Below are positions 50,426-59,720 of a DNA stretch of 64,000 nt, one piece after another. The DNA lies in the NCBI RefSeq assembly GCF_012295525.1, contig NZ_CP051167.1, positions 5,685,299-5,749,298 of the forward strand, given 5' to 3'. The notes beneath the pieces were generated by a model. It was not told the DNA's origin and did not search any database. It saw only the letters and a program-made list of their open reading frames with translations. The position numbers and the translations under genes were made by a program. The stretch is from Oxynema aestuarii AP17 (GTDB lineage Bacteria > Cyanobacteriota > Cyanobacteriia > Cyanobacteriales > Laspinemataceae). Position 1 is the first letter of the stretch. Each line of letters opens with the position of its first letter.

Positions 50426-53400
50426 GTGTTGGTTCTTGAAGGTTATCAGATTCTCGAAAAAATTTGTGAAAGTGTTGCATCTACGGTCTACCGAGGCATC
50501 CGAAAAACCGATCGCCGCCGCGTTATTTTAAAAGTTCTCAATAGTGAATATCCTACCCCAATTCAACTCAAGCGATATGAAAGAGAATATGAAATACTCC
50601 AACTCTTTGATACGGCATCAGTTTGCCAAGCTCTCGGTTTACAAGCCTATGAAAATACCCTCGTCCTCATTATGGAAGATGTGGGAATTTCACTCAAAGA
50701 ACTTATCAAAACATCCCCATTAACTTTAGACGATCGCCTCAGATTAGCGATTCAAGCGTGCGAGGCGATCGGACAGATCCACGCGGTTCACGTCATTCAT
50801 AAAGATATCAATTCTTCCAACCTTGCTGTCAATCCGGAAACCGGAGAATTGAAGGCGATCGATTTCGGTTTGGCGACGGTTTTAACTCAAGAACATCCGA
50901 TCCTTAAAAATCCTTCCATTTTAGAAGGAACTTTAACTTATATTTCCCCCGAACAAACCGGACGGATGAATCGCTCTCTAGACTATCGCAGCGATTTTTA
51001 TTCTCTGGGCGTCACCTTTTACGAACTGTTTTCGGGACGAGTTCCTTTTGAGAGTGGCGATGCTTTAGAGTTGGTTCACTGTCATATTGCTAAAACGCCG
51101 AAACCGTTGTGCGAACTAGATGCGATCGCCGATGGCAAACCGATCCCCGAAGCTATTTCTAAGATCGTGATGAAACTGCTGGCAAAAAATGCAGAAGAAC
51201 GCTATCAAAGTGCTTGGGGGATTAAAGCCGATCTCGAACGCTGTGCGGCGCAATTGCAAGAAAACGGATCGATCGAACCCTTTTCCATCGGTCAATTTGA
51301 CTTATCCGATCGCTTCCATATTCCGCAAAAACTTTACGGTCGGCAAGTTCAAATTCAACAATTACTAGATACTTTTGAGCGAGTTGCAACTCCGAATAAT
51401 TTTCAAGCTCATATTACCTTTATCACCGGATATTCTGGAATTGGTAAATCCGCCCTCGTCGCCGAACTCTACAAGCCAATTACCGCGCGACGGGGCTATT
51501 TTATTACGGGTAAATTCGACCAATTTCAACGCAACATTCCCTATTCGGCAGTCGTACACGCCTTCAAACAGTTGGTGAAATACCTGTTAACTGAAAGTGA
51601 AGGACAGTTATCTCAATGGCGCCAAAAATTACTGACAGCGTTGGGAACGAACGCGCAACTCATCGTCGATGCGATTCCCGAACTCGAAACAATTATTGGC
51701 CCACAGCCGCCCGTTCCCGATCTGGAGCCGTCCGAAGCCCAAAATCGCTTTAATTTTGTCTTTCAACATTTCATTCGGGTGTTTTGTTCTCCGGAACATC
51801 CGTTAACGATCTTTCTCGATGATTTGCAATGGGCCGATTCGGCGAGTTTGCACGCGATCGAGTTGATGTTGTCCGATCTCGAAACACGACATCTATTTAT
51901 TATCGGTGCCTATCGCCATCAAGAAGTGGGGGCGACTCATCCACTGCGGACGACTTTAGAAACTCTGGAAAAAGAAGGGGTTCCGATCGCCAATATTCAT
52001 CTCAAATCGTTGAAGTTAAATCAAATCGCCCAACTGATTGCCGATACTTTACACGACGATGCCGAAGCGGTCAGACCGTTAGCGAAATTGACCTTACAAA
52101 AAACCGGGGGGAATCCCTTTTTTGTCAGTCAATTTTTGAAAACGTTACACGAAAAAGGGGCGATCGCTTTCGATTGCGATCGCCACAGTTGGCAGTGGGA
52201 TCTCAAGCAGATTCAACAGACCAAAATTGCCGATAATATTGTCGAACTCACCCTCGAAAACCTCAAAAAATTGCCGCCGCTTACCCAAGACTTGCTCAAA
52301 ATGGCCGCTTGTCTCGGTTCTAGCTTCCAAACCCAAACCCTGGCGCTGGTGAGCGATCGCCCGGAAGCGGAGATCGGACGGGAGTTGATGAGTGCGGTCC
52401 GTTCGGGGGCGATCGCCACCACGTGCGAATTCGACGATCGCGGCTACATTCGCGAGTATCAATTCACTCACGATCGCGTGCAGCAAGCAGCTTATGCCTC
52501 GATCGCCCCTCGGGAACGTGCGGCCATGCATTTGAAAATCGGGCGGTCTTTGTGGCAGCATACGGACAATTTAGCCGAAAATCTGTTTAAAATCGTCGAT
52601 TGTCTCGATTTTGGCGTCGATTCGATTCACGATCGCCACGAACGGGAACGGGTGGCGGAACTCAACGCGATCGCCGGAGAGAAAGCCAAAGCCGCCAATG
52701 CTTACGCCGCCGCGATCGGCTATTTTAACGTGGGACTGCAATTACTCAGTACCGATGCCTGGGAGCAATCTTACGATCTCACCTTGCGACTCTACCGCGA
52801 AGCTGCCGAAGTCGCCTATTTAGCCGGAGACTACGATCGCCTCGAAGAATTGGCGGACATCGTCTGCGATCGCGCTCGCACCTTGCTCGATCGCATTAAA
52901 GTATATGAAGTGCAAATCGAAGCCTATAAAGCCCGAGGTCAAAACCGCGAGGCGATCGCGATCGCCCGTCCCCTCCTCCAGCAATTGGGTTTCGACCTTC
53001 CCGAAGCGCCGACTCCGGAACAAATCGGTGACGTTCTCGAAACCACGGCTCGATGCTGGCGCGATCGCGGCGTCGAGAGCTTACTAGACCTACCGCCGAT
53101 GCGCGACCCGGAACATCTCGCCGTTATGAGGATCGCCAACCGCCTGTTTGCCCCCATTTTTATCACCGTTCCCACCCTATTACCCGTGCTGGTGGGCAAA
53201 CAAGTTCAGCTCTCGATCGCCCACGGCAATGCACCATCTTCGTGCTACGCCTACGTCAATTACGGCTTAATTTTGTGCGGAATCGTCGGTGAGATCGAGA
53301 TCGGCTATCAATTCGGTCAGTTAGCGCTCAAATCGATCGACCCTCCCAATATGGCACAATATACCGCTCAAGTGCGCGGCCCCTTCCACGCGGGGATCGC

Positions 53401-56326
53401 GATCGGCAAAGAGCATTTAAAAGACTCCCTCGCCCCCCTGCGTGCCGCCTACCAAAAAGGGTTGGAGTTTGGGGACTTGTATTATGCAACTACCTGCGCT
53501 TTTGTATACAGTCTCCACGGCCTTTTTTCCGGGGTCGAACTCGATCTCCTCGACTCACAAATCGCCGCCTATCGCGACGCGATCGCCCAACTGCAACAAA
53601 CCACGACTTTAATTTATACATCGATTTACCACCAAACCCTTTTAAACTTAGTCCATCCGAGCGAAACCCCCTGGAAGTTCTGCGGCGATGCTTTCGACGA
53701 AGGCCAGCAATTAGCCGCCATTGTTGAAACGAACGATCGCTATGCCCTTTGCGCGTTCTACATCCATAAACTCTTCCTCGCTTACTTGCTCGACGGCTCG
53801 ACTGACTTGAGCGAGCTACTCGAAAACAGCGCCGAATATTTAGACGGAGCCACCGGAACCCTGTTAGTGCGCCTGTTCCATTTTTACGGCGCTTTAACTC
53901 GTTTAAAACTCTATCCATCGGCAACAGAACAACAACGACAAGTACACCTCGAAGCCGTCGAATTGTCCTGTCAAAAATTACAAAATTGGGCTAAATTTGC
54001 GCCGATGAACTACGCCCATAAATATCATCTCGTCGTGGCGGAACGGGCGCGAGTTTTGGGAGAAAAAATCGAGGCGATCGAACATTACGATCGCGCGATC
54101 GAACTGGCGCGCCAACATCAATATCTCAACGAAGAAGCCCTCGCCAACGAACGAGCCGCCCTCTTTTATCAAGGGTGGGGTAAAGCGAAAATTGCCCGGG
54201 TCTATCTCGCCGAAGCTTACTATGCCTATCAACGTTGGGGCGCGATCGCCAAAGTCAAGCAATTAGAACGACAGTATCCCGACTGGATCGATTCGTCAAC
54301 GGGGATAGCACCTCGCCTCGGCGTCAACACGACCACGACCCACCATTCCACCGCCACCGAATCGATTAAAGCATTAGATTTCGCCACCTTTATGAAAGCC
54401 TCTCAAGCCATTTCCGGCGAAATCATTTTAGAAAAACTACTCGTCGAACTATTAAAAATTCTCCTGGAAAATGCCGGGGCGCAAGTCGGCTATTTAATTT
54501 TAGAAACTGACGGGGAACTGCTCGTACAAGCGCGCGGGGAACGAGAAGGGGAAGATATCGCCGTTTTGGAAGCGTTACCGTTGGGCGATCGCCTGCCTCA
54601 ATCGGTAATTAACTACGTCGTTCGCACCAAAGAAACGATCGTCAAAACGAATGCGACTCGGGAAGGAAAATTTACCAACGATCCGTACATCCAAACCCAT
54701 CAAATCCAGTCGATGCTGTGTGCGCCCTTGCTCGATCGCGGGCAGTTAACTGGGTTAATTTATCTGGAAAATAACTTAACCCCCGGCGCTTTTACCCCGG
54801 AACGAGTCGAACTGTTGCAATTACTATCTTCCCAGGCGGCGATCGCGATCTCCAACGCCAAACTGTACCAACAAGTGCGCCAAAATCAACAACAACTCAC
54901 CCAATTTCTCGAAGCGATTCCCGTCGGCGTTTTCGTCGTCACCGCCCAAGGAGAACCCTTTTACGCCAACCGACGCGCCCAAGAAATCCTCGGACAGGGA
55001 ATTATTCCCCAAACCCAAAGCGATCGCCTCGGGGAGGTCTATCAAACTTACGTCGCCGGAACCGATCGCCTCTATCCCAACGAACGCAATGTCGTCCTAC
55101 GCGCCTTGAAAGGAGAAACCGCCACCATAGACGACGCCGAAATTCACCAACACGGGAAAATTATCCCCATCGAAGCCTCCTGCACCCCGATTTACGACGG
55201 CGACGGTAAAATTGTCTACGCGATCGCCGCGTTTCAAGATATCACCCAGCGCAAACAAGCGGAACAATTACTCGCCGAGTACAACCGCACCCTGGAACAG
55301 CAAGTCGCCGAACGCACTCAAGAATTACAGCAAACCCTCGAATATCTGCAAGCCACTCAGCAAGAACTGATTCAATCGGAAAAAATGGCCGCTTTAGGCC
55401 AACTCGTCGCCGGAGTCGCCCACGAAATCAATACGCCCCTGGGCGCCATTCGCTCCAGTGCGGGCAATATGGCCAAATTTCTCAATCAAAGCTTGGAAGA
55501 ACTACCCGGGATCTTCCAATCCCTCTCCCCGGAACAAACCCGGGAATTCCTGGATCTGTTGAGTCGTTCCCTGCAACAAGAAAACACCTTGTCCGCCCGC
55601 GAAGAACGCAAACGGCGGCGCGCCTTAGTCGGCGAACTCGACGCACGATCCATCGAAAATAGTACCCATCTCGCCGATACCCTCGTGGATATGGGGATTT
55701 ACGAGAATATCGACGAATTTTTCCCGTTATTTGAACGTCCCGACAGTCCCCACATCGTCGATCTCGCCTACAAACTGTCCGGACTGCAAAAAAGTACGAC
55801 CCGCATCGAAATGGCGACGGAACGCGCCTCGAAAGTGGTGTTTGCGCTCAAAACCTACGCCCGTTACGACAGCAGTGGCGAAAAAATGGCCACGGATTTG
55901 AGTGAAAGTATCGAAACGGTTTTGACCTTATATCACAACCAGATCAAACACGGGGTCGAAGTCGTCCGCGATTACGAAACTTTGCCCCCCATTCCGTGTT
56001 ATCCGGACGAACTCAATCAAGTTTGGACGAATTTGGTTCATAACGCCTTACAGGCGATGGACTATCGCGGTACTCTGACCGTGGCGATCGCCCGGGACGG
56101 CGATCGGGCCAAAATTACCATTGGCGATAGCGGACCGGGAATTCCCGAGGAGGTCTTACCGAAAATCTTCAATCCCTTTTTCACGACCAAACCCCCCGGC
56201 GAGGGTAGCGGTTTGGGACTCGATATCGTCAATAAGATCGTGCAGAAGCATTCCGGTAAGATTGAAGTGGAAACTCGACCGGGTTCGACCTGTTTTCATG
56301 TTTTTCTTCCTTTAGAGCCGCATTAG
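50426..56326 (+). CDS. HstK-type hybrid sensor, intact paralogue (Ser/Thr-kinase-like - STAND ATPase - helical - GAF - PAS - HisKA - HATPase_c)
   Basis: Same architecture as the upstream gene. Complete G2 box [31 protein letters not shown] lies 9 nt before GTG 50426. Confidence 0.85.
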   Translation: MLVLEGYQILEKICESVASTVYRGIRKTDRRRVILKVLNSEYPTPIQLKRYEREYEILQLFDTASVCQALGLQAYENTLVLIMEDVGISLKELIKTSPLTLDDRLRLAIQACEAIGQIHAVHVIHKDINSSNLAVNPETGELKAIDFGLATVLTQEHPILKNPSILEGTLTYISPEQTGRMNRSLDYRSDFYSLGVTFYELFSGRVPFESGDALELVHCHIAKTPKPLCELDAIADGKPIPEAISKIVMKLLAKNAEERYQSAWGIKADLERCAAQLQENGSIEPFSIGQFDLSDRFHIPQKLYGRQVQIQQLLDTFERVATPNNFQAHITFITGYSGIGKSALVAELYKPITARRGYFITGKFDQFQRNIPYSAVVHAFKQLVKYLLTESEGQLSQWRQKLLTALGTNAQLIVDAIPELETIIGPQPPVPDLEPSEAQNRFNFVFQHFIRVFCSPEHPLTIFLDDLQWADSASLHAIELMLSDLETRHLFIIGAYRHQEVGATHPLRTTLETLEKEGVPIANIHLKSLKLNQIAQLIADTLHDDAEAVRPLAKLTLQKTGGNPFFVSQFLKTLHEKGAIAFDCDRHSWQWDLKQIQQTKIADNIVELTLENLKKLPPLTQDLLKMAACLGSSFQTQTLALVSDRPEAEIGRELMSAVRSGAIATTCEFDDRGYIREYQFTHDRVQQAAYASIAPRERAAMHLKIGRSLWQHTDNLAENLFKIVDCLDFGVDSIHDRHERERVAELNAIAGEKAKAANAYAAAIGYFNVGLQLLSTDAWEQSYDLTLRLYREAAEVAYLAGDYDRLEELADIVCDRARTLLDRIKVYEVQIEAYKARGQNREAIAIARPLLQQLGFDLPEAPTPEQIGDVLETTARCWRDRGVESLLDLPPMRDPEHLAVMRIANRLFAPIFITVPTLLPVLVGKQVQLSIAHGNAPSSCYAYVNYGLILCGIVGEIEIGYQFGQLALKSIDPPNMAQYTAQVRGPFHAGIAIGKEHLKDSLAPLRAAYQKGLEFGDLYYATTCAFVYSLHGLFSGVELDLLDSQIAAYRDAIAQLQQTTTLIYTSIYHQTLLNLVHPSETPWKFCGDAFDEGQQLAAIVETNDRYALCAFYIHKLFLAYLLDGSTDLSELLENSAEYLDGATGTLLVRLFHFYGALTRLKLYPSATEQQRQVHLEAVELSCQKLQNWAKFAPMNYAHKYHLVVAERARVLGEKIEAIEHYDRAIELARQHQYLNEEALANERAALFYQGWGKAKIARVYLAEAYYAYQRWGAIAKVKQLERQYPDWIDSSTGIAPRLGVNTTTTHHSTATESIKALDFATFMKASQAISGEIILEKLLVELLKILLENAGAQVGYLILETDGELLVQARGEREGEDIAVLEALPLGDRLPQSVINYVVRTKETIVKTNATREGKFTNDPYIQTHQIQSMLCAPLLDRGQLTGLIYLENNLTPGAFTPERVELLQLLSSQAAIAISNAKLYQQVRQNQQQLTQFLEAIPVGVFVVTAQGEPFYANRRAQEILGQGIIPQTQSDRLGEVYQTYVAGTDRLYPNERNVVLRALKGETATIDDAEIHQHGKIIPIEASCTPIYDGDGKIVYAIAAFQDITQRKQAEQLLAEYNRTLEQQVAERTQELQQTLEYLQATQQELIQSEKMAALGQLVAGVAHEINTPLGAIRSSAGNMAKFLNQSLEELPGIFQSLSPEQTREFLDLLSRSLQQENTLSAREERKRRRALVGELDARSIENSTHLADTLVDMGIYENIDEFFPLFERPDSPHIVDLAYKLSGLQKSTTRIEMATERASKVVFALKTYARYDSSGEKMATDLSESIETVLTLYHNQIKHGVEVVRDYETLPPIPCYPDELNQVWTNLVHNALQAMDYRGTLTVAIARDGDRAKITIGDSGPGIPEEVLPKIFNPFFTTKPPGEGSGLGLDIVNKIVQKHSGKIEVETRPGSTCFHVFLPLEPH

Positions 56327-56346
56327 AACTTATGGAGGCGTTGACC

Positions 56347-56742
56347 ATGTCAAAACCCGTTATTTTATGTGTCGATGACGAAAAAGTTGTGTTAGACAGT
56401 CTCAAAAGCCAACTCAAGCAAGCCTTCGGAGATAAGTATTTTTACGAAATGGCCGAAGATGGAGCCGACGCCCTCGACGCGATCCAAGAACTCATGGAAG
56501 ATAGCATCCCGATTGTCATGATTGTTTCCGATTGGCTGATGCCGGGAATGAAAGGAGATGAGTTGTTAATTCGCATTCACCAACAATATCCGAACATCGT
56601 TAAAATCATGCTCACGGGTCAAGCCGAACCCTCGGCGATCGAACGAGCGAAACAAGAAGCCAATTTAAGTTTTTGTTTGCACAAGCCTTGGTCTGAAGAG
56701 GAATTAGTAACGGCAATTCAAGCTAGTTTAGCAAAGTTATGA
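56347..56742 (+). CDS. Single-domain response regulator (CheY-like receiver)
   Basis: VILCVDDE...IVSDWLMPGMKG...KIMLTGQ...HKPW receiver motifs. SD GGAGG lies 8 nt before ATG 56347. Starts 21 nt after the HstK stop. Confidence 0.8.
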   Translation: MSKPVILCVDDEKVVLDSLKSQLKQAFGDKYFYEMAEDGADALDAIQELMEDSIPIVMIVSDWLMPGMKGDELLIRIHQQYPNIVKIMLTGQAEPSAIERAKQEANLSFCLHKPWSEEELVTAIQASLAKL

Positions 56743-58517
56743 CGAAACAAGTCATTGTTTGTGTCGATGACGAACCGACAGTGTTGAGAAGCTTAAAAGC
56801 CGAACTCAAAGAAGCCGTCGGTGCCGATTATTTAATTGAAATTGCCGAAGGAGGCGAAGATGCGTTGGAGTTGGTTGAGGAATTACTCGAAGATGGTTAT
56901 GAAATTCCCCTAATCGTTTCCGATCATATCATGCCGGATATTAAAGGAGACGAACTGTTAAAAAGAGTTCACGAAATTTCTCCATCTACGTTGAAAATTA
57001 TGCTCACGGGTCAAGCCAGTATCGAAGCCGTGGGCAATGCCATTCAATATGCCCGCCTCTATCGTTATATTGCTAAACCTTGGCAGGCAGAAGATTTAAA
57101 ACTGACGGTCAAAGAAGCGATTAATAGTTATTTTCAAGAAAAGAAATTAGCCGAACAAAACGTCCAACTCCAAAAAATGAACGAAGAGTTGGAACAGTTA
57201 AACCGAGAACAGGCGGCGTTAATTGCCAAGTTACACGAAAAGGAAAATCGCCTGACCCAGTTTTTAGAGGCGATGCCCGTTGGCGTGTTTGTGGTCGATC
57301 GCGATGGCCAGCCTTATTATATTAACTCTCGCGCCCAACAACTGCTCGGACGGGGGGTGGAGTCTAATACAGTTTTAAGTGAAATTCGCTCGATTTATCA
57401 GGTCTATTTGGCCGGAACGGAGCAATTATACCCCGAACAGAGCGATCCGTTATTGCAAACCTTGCGGGGGAAGAGTATGACCGTGGATGATATGGAAATT
57501 CACCACGGCGATCGCGCGATCCCCATTGAAGTTTGGGGAACGCCGATTTACGACGATGAAGGTCAAATTGCTTACGGGATTGTCGCCTTTAACGATATCA
57601 GCGATCGCAAGAAAGCCGAAGCAGAACGGCAGCAGTTTATTCAAGAACTTTTTGAACTCAATACCAACTTAGAACTGGCGTTAGATTCCGAACTCAAATT
57701 GACCGACGCCGCCAGTCGCTTCGTCCCGAACGAGTTTCTTTCGTTTCTCGGTTACGAAAGTATTGCCGAAGTCAAATTAGGCGATAGCATAGAACAAGAA
57801 ATGTCCGTGTTTTTCTCCGATATTCGCGACTTTACTACCCTATCGGAGACGATGACGCCGGAAGATAACTTTAAATTTATTAATGCGTATTTATCGAGAA
57901 TGGAACCCGCGATCGTCGATAATCAGGGGTTTATTGATAAGTTTATCGGCGATGCGATTATGGCCTTGTTTGGCGGGGAAGCCGACAATGCAGTGAAAGC
58001 GGGCATTTCGATGCTGCATTGCTTACACGATTATAACGAACATCGCGATCGCTCCGGCTATTTACCCATTTCTATCGGCATCGGTATTAATACCGGACGC
58101 TTGATGCTCGGAACCGTCGGCGGATCGTTAAGAATGGACGGTACTGTGATTAGCGATGCGGTTAATTTGGCTTCGCGACTGGAAGGGTTAACCAAAAATT
58201 ACGGCGTCTCTTTACTGATTTCTCATCATACCTATTCTCGCTTACATAACGCCGACGATTATGCAATTCGCCTGATCGATCGCGTCAAAGTCAAAGGCAA
58301 ATCGGAAAGCGTCACGGTCTACGAAGTTTTTGATGCCGACTTGCCGAAATTAAAAGCTGGAAAACTCGCCAGTCTCGATCGCTTTGCTAAAGCGTTGGAT
58401 CTCTACAATCGCCACGTCTATCGCGAAGCTGCGGACCTCTTTCAAGCCTGTTTGGAACTCGAACCCGGCGATACGGTCGCGCAGATCTATCATAACCGAG
58501 CTTGCGATCGCCTTTAA
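56739..58517 (+). CDS. Response regulator with receiver - coiled coil - PAS - class III adenylate/guanylate cyclase domain
   Basis: REC (VIVCVDDE...VSDHIMPDIKG). The PAS region is homologous to the HstK PAS region (LTQFLEAMPVGVFVV...). Cyclase motifs FSDIRDFTTLSE, KFIGDAIMALFG, NLASRLEGLTK. ATGA overlap with the upstream REC gene. Confidence 0.85.
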   Translation: MTKQVIVCVDDEPTVLRSLKAELKEAVGADYLIEIAEGGEDALELVEELLEDGYEIPLIVSDHIMPDIKGDELLKRVHEISPSTLKIMLTGQASIEAVGNAIQYARLYRYIAKPWQAEDLKLTVKEAINSYFQEKKLAEQNVQLQKMNEELEQLNREQAALIAKLHEKENRLTQFLEAMPVGVFVVDRDGQPYYINSRAQQLLGRGVESNTVLSEIRSIYQVYLAGTEQLYPEQSDPLLQTLRGKSMTVDDMEIHHGDRAIPIEVWGTPIYDDEGQIAYGIVAFNDISDRKKAEAERQQFIQELFELNTNLELALDSELKLTDAASRFVPNEFLSFLGYESIAEVKLGDSIEQEMSVFFSDIRDFTTLSETMTPEDNFKFINAYLSRMEPAIVDNQGFIDKFIGDAIMALFGGEADNAVKAGISMLHCLHDYNEHRDRSGYLPISIGIGINTGRLMLGTVGGSLRMDGTVISDAVNLASRLEGLTKNYGVSLLISHHTYSRLHNADDYAIRLIDRVKVKGKSESVTVYEVFDADLPKLKAGKLASLDRFAKALDLYNRHVYREAADLFQACLELEPGDTVAQIYHNRACDRL

Positions 58518-58619
58518 AGCCCTGTTTTTATCGATCCGATCCCCCCGCCGTTGACCGACACTCGACATGCGTACTCGGGACGACGTTCGCGGTGGTGCTT
58601 CCCTCTACTTCTCGCAAGT

Positions 58620-58875
58620 TCTGCTAAATTGTGGAAAACTTGCCTACGGACGTTGAAAGGCTGTGGAAAACTTGGGGAAAGGTTGGGGAAAACTCGGGGA
58701 AAATGCAAGATTTCCCACGGGCGTTCGCCTAGGGTCTCCAAGGGAGAATAGGTTCACATCTCCCCTCGGATAGCAAAAATCGGGGGTTTTCCACAGGTTT
58801 TCCACAGGTGCTGGGACAGGCGATCGCCCCAACTCGGGGAAAGATCGGTGATTTTCCACAAGTTCCACCAGGAAG
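58620..58875. repeat. Intergenic repeat cluster: 2 direct and 3 inverted copies of TGTGGAAAAC(TTG), plus repeated (A)CTCGGGGAAA units
   Basis: Seen in sequence. TGTGGAAAAC at ~58628 and ~58660. GTTTTCCACAGG at ~58788 and ~58800. ATTTTCCACAAG at ~58851. Confidence 0.7.
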
Positions 58876-58939
58876 GATCCCGGGAAGCATCGGTTTCTAA
58901 AAACCCTAGTGGTGGCGCCTCCAGCACGCGATCGTGCTT

Positions 58940-59524
58940 TCAGACAGGCGATCGTCGTTGGTCGAGGATCTTCATCCAGTTCTCGATTCCCTTGCGCGTC
59001 GGCTGACCCGTGGCGGTAAACGTCCACAGATCTTGTTTGGATTGGGAACTATAACTCACGTGGATCGGGCGATCGCTCCCGTAGAAATAGAGAGAATCAA
59101 ACGGTAATTGCGCTTCTAGTATCCAATCGACCACGCGATCGCTCCCCACATTGAGAATGCGAAAGTCGCAGGCGGCCCCCAACCGGGGACAGTAATAAGC
59201 GCCGTTGCGATTGCGTTCGCAGGCCATGTGTTGGTCGAGACGGGGCGCCACGCGCCCGTTTTTTTTACCTGTTTCCGGGTCTTTTCGTTCTAAAAACCGT
59301 TTTAAATCTTTAGAACAAAAACCGTAAGTCAGTTGAAAGTTCTCGAACCCAAACTGTTCGATGGTCGGATCGAGAATTCGCTCGTTTAAAGCGATTAAAG
59401 CGGGTAACGTTTCTTCGAGATTTTCGGGATAAGGATTGATGCGATCGCGATATTTTTGATAAGTTTGGCTGCAGGTGCAAAAGGTTTCTAAGGTCAAATA
59501 TTTGAACGAATAGGAAACGCTCAT
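58940..59524 (-). CDS. Hypothetical Cys-containing protein
   Basis: ORF with coherent composition. Cys at CTCS, HMACERN, YYCPRLGAACDF. No family recognised. Confidence 0.4.
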   Translation of the reverse strand: MSVSYSFKYLTLETFCTCSQTYQKYRDRINPYPENLEETLPALIALNERILDPTIEQFGFENFQLTYGFCSKDLKRFLERKDPETGKKNGRVAPRLDQHMACERNRNGAYYCPRLGAACDFRILNVGSDRVVDWILEAQLPFDSLYFYGSDRPIHVSYSSQSKQDLWTFTATGQPTRKGIENWMKILDQRRSPV

Positions 59525-59720
59525 CGGCTACATCTTTCGGCTGAATAGATCGAGTCGATCCCCTCCAAACCTATAGAAAAAAGGGAGGTTTTGCAGGGGC
59601 TTTGCCCTTATTCTCCTAAAGTCCCCCTGATTAAGGGGGATTTAGGGGCATCTTCCCTCATCAGATTGAGAAACGCGCGATCGCGCGATCGCTGAATCGG
59701 GGAATCGAGCAGAAAGCGCT

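Noticed and set aside
44024-58776. 13-nt inverted match (CTATCCGAGGGGA at ~44027, reverse complement at ~58763) flanking the whole HstK operon, which could have marked a mobile unit
   Set aside because: Roughly 60 chance inverted 13-mer matches are expected in a 64-kb window. There is no extended similarity beyond 13 nt, no target-site duplication and no transposase, so I treat it as coincidence.
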